This document shows, piece by piece, positions 27,383-38,426 of a DNA stretch of 64,000 nt; within the stretch, counting starts at the first letter, position 1; every line of letters begins with the position of its first letter. Both the position numbers and the translations under genes were made by a program. Below the pieces are notes generated by a model that was given only the letters and a program-made list of their open reading frames with translations, was not told the origin of the DNA and searched no databases. The stretch is from a virus (lineage: Duplodnaviria > Heunggongvirae > Uroviricota > Caudoviricetes). The stretch lies in the IMG/VR virus record IMGVR_UViG_2925897562_000001; one strand, 5' to 3'.

Positions 27383-28722
27383 CCTCCACGCCCCGAAGGG
27401 CGTGGATTCCTGCTACGTTCAGGCTGTCGCCTGAATCATTTCGGTGGGTTCCTGCTTCAACGGGCGGCCTGACTGCACCATCCCTCCACAGGCAAGTACG
27501 GCGTGCCCCGCCGCTAAAATGTTACGAGCGCCGTTTACATCGGCGTTCGCTGTATATCCACATACCTGGCATCTGAATTTACTTTGTGACAGGCGATTTT
27601 CTTTCGCTGTATGACCACAGCACGCGCAACGCTGGCTTGTGTACGCTGGCGGAACAGCAAGCACCTGACCGCCACGCCAGAGCTGCTTGTACTCAAGCTG
27701 GCGGCGCATTTCATACCAGCCCTGATCCAGTATCGAACGGTTTAAACCTGATTTTGCCCGGACATTGCGACCCGGATGACTTATCGTTCCCGCCGCTGAC
27801 TTTGACATGTATTTAACCTTCAAATCCTCAATGACAATCATTGCGTGGTTTTTGCTGACGGTCGTTGTGACTTTGTGAAGGTAGTCCCTGCGGATATTTG
27901 CGATACGGGAATGCAGTCGCTGTATTTTGCGTTTCTGCTTCTGCCAGTTGTTGCTGAATTTGACCTTGCGGCTTAACTGTCGCTGAAGTCTCGCCAGCTT
28001 CTTCTGGTTTTTCTGAAAACTATTTACAGGTTCAAAGACTGTGCCATCTGACAGCGTGGCGAGTTTAGCCACGCCAGCATCCAGTCCGACCATTGATGCT
28101 GAAGGGTGAACAGGAGTGGATACCTCTCTTTCTGTCTGAATACTGATGTACCACTTACCGCAGGACTGGCTGACAGTAACATTTTTCACAATACCCGTGA
28201 CCTGACGGCTATTCCGGTAGCGCATCCAGCCAAGTTTCGGCAGAAAAATACGGCTGTTTTCCTGATCGAGCTTAACACCCTGCGGGTAGCGGAATGCATC
28301 ATTCTGTCCCCGCTTTTTGAATCGGGGAAAAGCTGCCCGATTCTGGAAGAAGTTTTTGTAAGCCCGCTCAAGGTCTTTCAGTGACTGTTGCAATGGCTGT
28401 GAGGGAGAATCTTTAAGCCATTCGGTTTCAGTGTCTTTTTTCCACTCAACCAACCAGGAAGCCATTTTCGTGTAAGGGATGTATTTTTTACCGGCCTCAT
28501 GATTCTCATTCTGAAGCGCCAGAGCACGGTTGAAAACGAAACGACAAGCTCCGGCAAAGCGCCTCATTTGACGCTCCTGTTGACCATCTGGTTTTAACCG
28601 GAATTTGAATGACACCTGTTGTTTCATGTCACTATTTTAAGCAAAAATAGCCGGGAGGAAAACTGTGCCTTATATCCCCACTATGAGGAGCGTAGGGGGC
28701 GGCACATTGGATAAGGCGTAAC
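27383..28722 (-). mobile_element. IS200/IS605-family element, TnpB-only (IS1341/IS609-like), inserted in the ddrA-ddrB intergenic region; ends approximate
   Basis: tnpB fills the interval; perfect subterminal hairpin TCCACGCCC-CGAA-GGGCGTGGA at 27386-27405; no terminal inverted repeats, as expected for this family. Confidence 0.6.
27419..28627 (-). CDS. tnpB: TnpB (OrfB) RNA-guided nuclease-type transposase accessory protein (402 aa)
   Basis: N-terminal OrfB domain, RuvC-like core, C-terminal zinc finger CACCGH...CQVCG. Confidence 0.85.
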   Translation of the reverse strand: MKQQVSFKFRLKPDGQQERQMRRFAGACRFVFNRALALQNENHEAGKKYIPYTKMASWLVEWKKDTETEWLKDSPSQPLQQSLKDLERAYKNFFQNRAAFPRFKKRGQNDAFRYPQGVKLDQENSRIFLPKLGWMRYRNSRQVTGIVKNVTVSQSCGKWYISIQTEREVSTPVHPSASMVGLDAGVAKLATLSDGTVFEPVNSFQKNQKKLARLQRQLSRKVKFSNNWQKQKRKIQRLHSRIANIRRDYLHKVTTTVSKNHAMIVIEDLKVKYMSKSAAGTISHPGRNVRAKSGLNRSILDQGWYEMRRQLEYKQLWRGGQVLAVPPAYTSQRCACCGHTAKENRLSQSKFRCQVCGYTANADVNGARNILAAGHAVLACGGMVQSGRPLKQEPTEMIQATA

Positions 28723-28726
28723 AGGG

Positions 28727-31714
28727 ATGAGCTTAAGCGATCAGGTGGTAATGGCCACCAGCATAGAAACGCTGATCGAGCTGCTAAAGAACCTGCCCGA
28801 TTATGGGCGGGTTTCGTATGTGGTGACAGCGAAGGGAGACGAGGTAAAAACAGCGTTTGATATCGTCGATGCCTCAGCTCTTTTGGTATCCAATACTCTG
28901 GATGGGAAAATTAATCCTGACTATCCCCAGGAACTTCAACCGCGCGACCGGACCCGCGCATCCAGCCTTCTTCAGGTTAACCAGATATCCAAGGATTTGC
29001 GGCCTGCTCAGCTTACCGATTCCGGTCTATCCAGCCATGGCGCGCCGATAATTGGTGAGGACAATGCCGTTGAGTCAGGTAATGGACGGACCATGGGGAT
29101 CATTAAAGCCTATCAGGACGGCAATGCGGATCGGTATCGTGAGTACCTGATTGATCATGCGACCGAATTCGGCATACGACCTGAAAAGGTTGAATCAATG
29201 ACGGCTCCGGTACTGGTGCGCCGCCGGTTAACTAAGGTTGACCGCGTTCAGTTTGCCAAGGACTCAAATATTTCTGATCTTCAGGAAATGGCAGCCAGTG
29301 AAAAGGCTTTTGTTGATGCCGACAGCATAACACCGGCGATGATGGCGCTTTTTAACCCGTCAGAAAGCGGAGATCTGCTTAGCCGCAGTAATGACACGTT
29401 TATTCGCGGATTTATGACGCAAGTTGGTGCCACACAGGCGGCTGGCCTTGTAACTGAAGATGGGCGACCAACACGGCAACTTGTAGACCGTATACAAAAC
29501 GCGATCTTTGCCAAGGCATATAAGGATGCGCGCCTGGTAAGGATGGTTGCAGAAGAACCTGATCCGGATATGCGTAATGTTCTGACGGCGCTTAATGCGG
29601 CAGCCAATGATTTTGTCCAGATGCAGGCTTTGTCAGGAGAAGCGCACAAGCAGGCTGTGACAACTATTGTTGATGGCATTGAGACAGCGGATAGCCTCGA
29701 TAAAAAGGCGCTGGCGGCATTGAAAGATGCGGTAGACCTGGTAAGGCAATCGAAGGAGTTAGGCCAGCATATTACCGATGTTATTGCTCAGGGGGATATG
29801 TTCAGCGAAACGGCCCCGGAAGTGAAAGCACTCGCGTTGTTCATCGTCGCGAATAACCGTAGCGCGAAGCGTATGGCCACCGCCTTTAAGTTGATGGCGC
29901 AACGTATCAATGATGAGTTACAGCACCAGGGCCAGGCGCTCGGGGATATGTTTGGCGGCGGCGATGTGTCGTTACAGGATATCCTTCGCCAGGTGTCTCA
30001 GGAACTGGAAAACGAAGGCATGCAAGGGATATCCGGCGGTCTTTTCGAGTCCGTTTCCGGCGGTAGTTACAACGGTGTTGCTCCGTATACCAGTTTGCTA
30101 TTACATCGGGCATCCGGCATCAAAGACATTATTCATCTGATCAGGCTGCTTTCCCGCACAGATCCCCAGGATGAACAGCTTGTACAAGTGCTTGCGCATT
30201 TTGTTCGAATGCCTGTTGCCGACGTGAATAAATGGTGCCGATTATTCGGTATCAGCAATTCGTTACTTCGCGGATTGTTAAATCACGCATCCTCCCTTGG
30301 GCGCGACGGCTTTGATGAGATAGCGCAGGCGATACAAAACGGAGATATGCCACCAGCTATTGACTGGTTTTCCATTCGCCCAACCAGGGTGAAAGCATTC
30401 CTTAGCGCGGCGCATTCGGCATCACCATTGGCAGAAATGGTTCAGAGGTTGTCGCTCATATTCACAGACCATACCGCGTTGGGTGATCTGACTCTGGACG
30501 AGATGAAAGAAGCCTCCATTCAGTGGGCCGATCAACAAAATGAGGTTAACTCAGACTTCTTGCCAGCATTCAGGAAGGCCGTTAGTAAAGCGGATGATTC
30601 CCGTGGAATTCTGAAGGCATTTAAGGCATTGCAAAGTCGGGTTAATAAACATGTCGGAGATATCGATGGGGTAACGGCGGAAGGCAGGGATATCCTTAAA
30701 GAGCACGGCATAACGCCAGAGTTTATTGATGAGATCAGGACGGATATGCAGCGTGAGGTCGTATCGTCCCTGCAAATTGTAGCCAGAGCGTTGGCGGATG
30801 CTAATCCGAAGAGTGCGGCCATTGTTAACCGGGTTATTGGTGATATTGAAGCATCGGAGGGCATGGGGGCGCTGAAACTCTTCCTTTCGCGAGCGTTTAA
30901 TCCTAACGGCAATATTCTCCCTGGCATTATTGGTGAGGCTAAAAAGTATGTCAGTGAAGAAGAACTTGAGCAGCTTGACCAACTACTTAAGCGATTCTCA
31001 TATAACCCGCAGACACGCTGGCAAATGAATCAGCGAAGTATGGGTTCGGTCCACGAGAAAGTGTTATCTGCCATGAACAGTGCGATCGCAAACTCATCCG
31101 TATCTGAAGAAAAAGCTCTTGAGTGGGCCGACTCTTTTATCACAGAAGAAGTGGAAGAAGCCCGCGCTGGACAGAATGGTGGGATAGACCTGCGCAAGGA
31201 ACTTGCTGATATTTATCGCCTGACCGGCGGGAAAATATCGACCTTATCAAAGGTAGTTCACCACCAGGGAAGGGCATATGCAAATCTAAATGGTGTTGTT
31301 GCTGTCAATTTGAACGATGAAAATGCAAGTGCACTGTGGCACGAGCTGGGTCATCATCTTGAGTACAGTAACCCTGGTTTGTTAGAGAAAGCCCGGTCAT
31401 TCCTGAAGGCCAATGTTGAAGGGGATAAGCCATCTTTCGTTAATATCGGTGGGCGTGGCAAGCCTGAATGGTGCTTCAGATCTCGATTGAGTAATATTTA
31501 TATGGCGAAGGTATACCCGCCAGCCTCAGTAAGTAACACCGGGAAAATTCGGCAGAAATCACCGACTATTTCCAAAACGTCAGCAACGGAAGTATTCTCT
31601 ATGGCTCTTCAGTTGTATCATGACAAAGAGGCCGCTGCCGCATCACTGATGAATGGTGACGGATTGCTGGAACTGTTATTAGGTGTGGCAAAGGAGCTAA
31701 ATAATGCAGATTAA
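28727..31714 (+). CDS. ddrB: DdrB anti-restriction head protein (995 aa)
   Basis: Large ORF after ddrA in dar operon. Confidence 0.7.
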   Translation: MSLSDQVVMATSIETLIELLKNLPDYGRVSYVVTAKGDEVKTAFDIVDASALLVSNTLDGKINPDYPQELQPRDRTRASSLLQVNQISKDLRPAQLTDSGLSSHGAPIIGEDNAVESGNGRTMGIIKAYQDGNADRYREYLIDHATEFGIRPEKVESMTAPVLVRRRLTKVDRVQFAKDSNISDLQEMAASEKAFVDADSITPAMMALFNPSESGDLLSRSNDTFIRGFMTQVGATQAAGLVTEDGRPTRQLVDRIQNAIFAKAYKDARLVRMVAEEPDPDMRNVLTALNAAANDFVQMQALSGEAHKQAVTTIVDGIETADSLDKKALAALKDAVDLVRQSKELGQHITDVIAQGDMFSETAPEVKALALFIVANNRSAKRMATAFKLMAQRINDELQHQGQALGDMFGGGDVSLQDILRQVSQELENEGMQGISGGLFESVSGGSYNGVAPYTSLLLHRASGIKDIIHLIRLLSRTDPQDEQLVQVLAHFVRMPVADVNKWCRLFGISNSLLRGLLNHASSLGRDGFDEIAQAIQNGDMPPAIDWFSIRPTRVKAFLSAAHSASPLAEMVQRLSLIFTDHTALGDLTLDEMKEASIQWADQQNEVNSDFLPAFRKAVSKADDSRGILKAFKALQSRVNKHVGDIDGVTAEGRDILKEHGITPEFIDEIRTDMQREVVSSLQIVARALADANPKSAAIVNRVIGDIEASEGMGALKLFLSRAFNPNGNILPGIIGEAKKYVSEEELEQLDQLLKRFSYNPQTRWQMNQRSMGSVHEKVLSAMNSAIANSSVSEEKALEWADSFITEEVEEARAGQNGGIDLRKELADIYRLTGGKISTLSKVVHHQGRAYANLNGVVAVNLNDENASALWHELGHHLEYSNPGLLEKARSFLKANVEGDKPSFVNIGGRGKPEWCFRSRLSNIYMAKVYPPASVSNTGKIRQKSPTISKTSATEVFSMALQLYHDKEAAAASLMNGDGLLELLLGVAKELNNAD

Positions 31715-32012
31715 AATCGCAGCGCCATTAGGCGGAGATGCCATTATCGAATTTGATGATAATGAAGAAGTTTCCGGGCGTTTAAGCATTATCTCCGGTG
31801 ACATTACCGAGGACATGATCGCTGAAGCCATAGCTGGGGCAAATCCCAATAGCTATATGGGATTCGTTAACACCCTTGATGCTCCCGCAAGTGATGTTCT
31901 CCGAACGCTGCATCTTTACGCTGGCTGGTTTGTTGATTGGCCAGCAGTAGATGGTGGCGATGAGGACGACGACGATGATTTTGGTGATCATGTAGACCAG
32001 ATCGTATATTGA
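31704..32012 (+). CDS. small highly acidic protein (102 aa) ending the dar operon
   Basis: AAGGAG RBS; ~23 Asp/Glu versus 3 Lys/Arg; C-terminal DGGDEDDDDDFGD. Confidence 0.55.
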   Translation: MQIKIAAPLGGDAIIEFDDNEEVSGRLSIISGDITEDMIAEAIAGANPNSYMGFVNTLDAPASDVLRTLHLYAGWFVDWPAVDGGDEDDDDDFGDHVDQIVY

Positions 32013-32014
32013 AG

Positions 32015-32040
32015 AAATCCCGCCAATTGGCGGGATTTTT
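32015..32040. terminator. bidirectional rho-independent terminator
   Basis: AAATCCCGCC-AATT-GGCGGGATTT followed by T-run, between convergent operons. Confidence 0.65.
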
Positions 32041-32043
32041 ACC

Positions 32044-33138
32044 TCACGAGAAACTCTTTTCTGATGTCAGCCAACAGTGCTCGTGCATATCTCTTGGTGG
32101 TTTTTCGACAAATGCCTCTTCAGCCACATCCTGCCAGGGGATTTGTTTAGCCCATTCAGTTATAGCGTTATGGTTTGCCGAGAATAACGGTATTGTATAG
32201 GCCTTCAGCCAGTCTAATGTGCTGGAGTTGTGTTTTTGAGCGTGATGTTTCGCATGGTGTTTGGCGATCACGATCGTAGGCACTACCCATTTACTACCGT
32301 CAGTCATTGTGAAGTGCATATTACGGGGAACAGATGACTTTTCCATCAACTCCCGAATCCCGGGGAATTTCCCCAAGATCAATCGGCGATATTCATCGCT
32401 ATTGCGCCCACCAAACTCTTTGGCTTTGAATTCAAGATATGCTTCAGAAACGAGAGGTGAATCCTCTGTGTTTAGAGTTATCGCCGTGAAAAAACCAGCA
32501 GGATTGTTTTTACTATGGGCCAACCGGTGATGCGAATCATAAAAGTACCCTTTCTCGCGTTCCGATGGTTTCGACAGCAACAGCAGGCGCGAGTCATAAT
32601 TGGTTAAATTGCCAGTTATCACTGCATGAGCGCGATCGCTGATTTCCGCCGAGTTAATAACGATGAAAAGATCGTGCGGTCCAGTAAAACCAGCCAGAGA
32701 CTCTTCGTTATTCAGACAATAGGTTATATAGACGCATCCCCATGTTTCACTGATATGCACCAACCCTTTGTCAGGGTGTATTCTGAAATAATTGCCAAGA
32801 AAAGGGTGTTTTTGGGTAACTCGCTCCCAATAACGGAACATATAGTCAATTATTGTTTTTCGACAATCGTTAATCGCAGGAGAAACAACCACTGTACGGG
32901 AACACGAATACAGTATTGTTTGCAGGATGCTAATCACTGCCACAATAGAGGTTTCCCCAATACCATGTGGTGTGGTGGCAGTGATTTTGGCTCCGGTGTT
33001 CTTTATCGCGTTAATAATTTTTGCTTGATGAGGTGTTAACTCAATATCAAGCAACTCTTTTGCTGCCAGTTCCCAATTGTCTTTATACCGTTCTATCAGT
33101 GCTAACCAGGCAGATTCATTCTGTATACGATTAATCAC
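32044..33138 (-). CDS. terminase large-subunit (PacB) N-terminal ATPase-domain paralog, catalytically degenerate, no nuclease domain (364 aa)
   Basis: Aligns by eye to PacB residues ~10-250 of this same window; Walker A GTGKS becomes GIGET; Walker B IIDEAS becomes VINSAE; C-terminal 110 aa unrelated to PacB nuclease domain. Confidence 0.7.
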   Translation of the reverse strand: MINRIQNESAWLALIERYKDNWELAAKELLDIELTPHQAKIINAIKNTGAKITATTPHGIGETSIVAVISILQTILYSCSRTVVVSPAINDCRKTIIDYMFRYWERVTQKHPFLGNYFRIHPDKGLVHISETWGCVYITYCLNNEESLAGFTGPHDLFIVINSAEISDRAHAVITGNLTNYDSRLLLLSKPSEREKGYFYDSHHRLAHSKNNPAGFFTAITLNTEDSPLVSEAYLEFKAKEFGGRNSDEYRRLILGKFPGIRELMEKSSVPRNMHFTMTDGSKWVVPTIVIAKHHAKHHAQKHNSSTLDWLKAYTIPLFSANHNAITEWAKQIPWQDVAEEAFVEKPPRDMHEHCWLTSEKSFS

Positions 33139-34039
33139 TTTCCACCTCTTCCGTGGTGTTTTCTTGCAGTTCTGTTAATGCAGCACGACATAGGTTCCGG
33201 GCATTGGCTATAGCCACACTTTTGACTTCATCCGTCATCGTGCAGGTAATGTACTGATCGAGTTCTTCAGCGCGGATGATGCTTTTGCCAATCAGAAACT
33301 GTATTTGCCATAGCAGATCGGCATCCATAATCAGAATTTCTGCCGGGCCTTCAGGGCCAGCCGGGAAGGAAACATAAGACTGTTTGCCCAGGCCGACAAC
33401 TCGACAACTTGCTTCAAGAATTGCGCGCTTGAGGTCTGACTTTATAACGGAAACAGGTTGATTTTCACCAGTGATTACGCCGTTGACATGGAAAGGCATG
33501 TAGCTTGAAATACGCTCTACTTTCCACACGCCAGCAAGCGATCCTTCATGCAGCACAATGGGGGTAACCGCGAGTTTCATCTCACCATATAACTGCTGGC
33601 AGATAGCTGGATTGCTGAATACATCTAAAGGCTCACATTCAAACAGCTGCGCAATCTGCATGAGGTCCATCATGGTCATCCCTGGGGTACGAGCAGTAAT
33701 GAATTTGCGCATACCAGTATCCATTGCGCTCCAGATTGCTACACCATGCTTTTTGCTCACTTCTTCAGTAAAGCCAAGGTGGCACATGATGGTTTTTTCG
33801 ATAGCCAGATCAGAGATAGAAACCTTTTCGCCAGGTACTCCATCATTATTGATGGTCACTTCGACACTCTGGCCATTACGTAGGCGGTATTGAATGGTTT
33901 TAGTATTTTGTGCTGTCATAGTCTTTTCTCTGCTTAAAAACTGATGTATTGCGTCTTCAGGTGGGTTAGGAATGTTTTCCCACCAGCGAAAGCAATATCT
34001 CGTGGTGTTCTGTTCGTTAAAAACGCGTGCCATTGCCAA
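33131..34039 (-). CDS. hypothetical protein (302 aa; true start possibly internal), partner of the PacB paralog
   Basis: Stop overlaps downstream gene start by 8 nt (operon); no recognisable motif. Confidence 0.5.
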   Translation of the reverse strand: MAMARVFNEQNTTRYCFRWWENIPNPPEDAIHQFLSREKTMTAQNTKTIQYRLRNGQSVEVTINNDGVPGEKVSISDLAIEKTIMCHLGFTEEVSKKHGVAIWSAMDTGMRKFITARTPGMTMMDLMQIAQLFECEPLDVFSNPAICQQLYGEMKLAVTPIVLHEGSLAGVWKVERISSYMPFHVNGVITGENQPVSVIKSDLKRAILEASCRVVGLGKQSYVSFPAGPEGPAEILIMDADLLWQIQFLIGKSIIRAEELDQYITCTMTDEVKSVAIANARNLCRAALTELQENTTEEVESD

Positions 34040-34121
34040 CTTTGGCGTTTTTTAGCGAGTTCGTGCTTTTGTTGGCGTTTGGACCACCGCTTTTCTTTCA
34101 GTCGTTTTTTACTCATAAACT

Positions 34122-34610
34122 CTAAAACGGAATATCGTCTTCAAAGTCCATTGGAGGTTCGTTATTGGCGCTGCTCTGAGGTTTGCCGCCACCGCTGTAT
34201 TGCTGGTGGTTTTGAGGTTGGTTTGACTGCCCCCAGCCATTTGAGGACTGTGAATCGTCGCGGCGAGTGTCGATCATTTGCATGGTGCCGCCCTGGCTGA
34301 CGATAATTTCCGTCGTGTAACGTTCTACACCGGCGTCATCAGTCCACTTACGGGTTTTAAGTTTCCCTTCGATGTAGACCTGAGAACCTTTTCGTAAATA
34401 CTCACTCGCAATTTCAGCAAGTTTTCCGAACAAAACGACTTTATGCCATTCTGTTTGCTCTTTCTGTTGGCCCGTTTGCTTATCGCGCCATGATTCATTC
34501 GTTGCGATGCTGAGTCTTCCGACTGCGCCGCCATTTGGTATATACCTGATCTCCGGGTCTTGCCCCAGGGTACCAATCAGGATGACTTTATTTACACCGC
34601 GTTGTGCCAC
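34122..34610 (-). CDS. ssb: single-stranded DNA-binding protein (162 aa)
   Basis: OB-fold SSB sequence with Gly/Gln-rich linker and acidic DFEDDIPF tail. Confidence 0.9.
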   Translation of the reverse strand: MAQRGVNKVILIGTLGQDPEIRYIPNGGAVGRLSIATNESWRDKQTGQQKEQTEWHKVVLFGKLAEIASEYLRKGSQVYIEGKLKTRKWTDDAGVERYTTEIIVSQGGTMQMIDTRRDDSQSSNGWGQSNQPQNHQQYSGGGKPQSSANNEPPMDFEDDIPF

Positions 34611-34779
34611 TTTTCTTACCTAATAAAATAAATTAATTAGGGCAATAATGTATATCTTTGAAACGTGGCTAACAAGTGATTTGCATTATCCTGTGCCTTC
34701 TAAAGGGATCGAGTCAGTCGGTATTGGCTGTGAATGAGTGTTTGTCCTGGAGCGTAAAAAATTCGCTTATGAGGTCTTT

Positions 34780-35337
34780 ATGAAGGGAAAAACAGCCGCA
34801 GGAGGCGGTGCAATTTGCGCTATCGCGGTGATGATTACCATCGTGATGGGTAATGGCAATGTGCGAACCAACCAGGCGGGGCTTGAGCTGATTGGTAACG
34901 CTGAAGGTTGCCGACGTGATCCATACATGTGCCCGGCGGGGGTATGGACTGACGGGATCGGTAATACACACGGGGTAACGCCGGGTGTGCGAAAAACCGA
35001 CCAGCAAATCGCCGCTGATTGGGAAAAGAATATCCTGATCGCTGAACGCTGTATTAATCAGCACTTCCGGGGCAAAGACATGCCCGATAATGCCTTCAGT
35101 GCAATGACAAGCGCGGCATTCAATATGGGATGCAATAGCTTACGGACCTACTACAGCAAAGCGCGAGGCATGCGAGTAGAAACGTCCATCCACAAGTGGG
35201 CGCAGAAAGGGGAATGGGTGAATATGTGTAACCATCTCCCTGATTTCGTGAACAGTAACGGCGTGCCCCTGCGAGGTTTAAAGATTCGCCGTGAAAAAGA
35301 ACGCCAGCTTTGCCTGACGGGGCTTGTCAATGAATAA
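34780..35337 (+). CDS. lyz: endolysin Lyz with N-terminal SAR signal-anchor (185 aa)
   Basis: MKGKTAAGGGAICAIAVMITIVMG SAR domain plus T4-lysozyme-like catalytic region; start set at second ATG (34780). Confidence 0.85.
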   Translation: MKGKTAAGGGAICAIAVMITIVMGNGNVRTNQAGLELIGNAEGCRRDPYMCPAGVWTDGIGNTHGVTPGVRKTDQQIAADWEKNILIAERCINQHFRGKDMPDNAFSAMTSAAFNMGCNSLRTYYSKARGMRVETSIHKWAQKGEWVNMCNHLPDFVNSNGVPLRGLKIRREKERQLCLTGLVNE

Positions 35338-35584
35338 ACTCCGGCAGCTCCGCCGACTTTCGACAATGAAGTTATCGCTGGCGGCGATAGTTTTTGACTC
35401 GATTTTCATGGCGGTATATGTGCTCAATGAGACGTGGCCACTGGAACCGCTATTGTATGCCGGGCTTCGGCTGTGCCTGACATTTTTGAGCATGGCTGCG
35501 AGATTGATGCAGCAGAAAGAAACCGCTTCAGATTGTCCACGCCGCGCGGTGCGCAAATATATGGCACGCAGGCGAAGGCGATAA
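35324..35584 (+). CDS. small membrane protein overlapping lyz 3' end (possible lysis accessory)
   Basis: 86-aa ORF with hydrophobic segment and basic C-terminus; no further support. Confidence 0.3.
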   Translation: MSMNKLRQLRRLSTMKLSLAAIVFDSIFMAVYVLNETWPLEPLLYAGLRLCLTFLSMAARLMQQKETASDCPRRAVRKYMARRRRR

Positions 35585-35628
35585 TAGTTAACGAGAACCC
35601 CGGCAGCTGCCGGGGTTATTTTTGGTGG

Positions 35629-38359
<2,731 letters not shown>

Positions 38360-38426
38360 TTAATTAGAATAATTCGCATCGTGTTTGAACGGAAATTTAA
38401 CACTAGTCACTTGTTAAGGATTACCA

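Noticed and set aside
32044-33138. Second functional terminase large subunit
   Set aside because: Walker A lysine and Walker B Asp-Glu are substituted and the C-terminal nuclease domain is missing; called a degenerate paralog instead.
32012-34122. IS1 insertion expected here by analogy with P1
   Set aside because: No IS1-like inverted repeats or InsA/InsB ORFs; the interval holds two intact co-directional genes instead.
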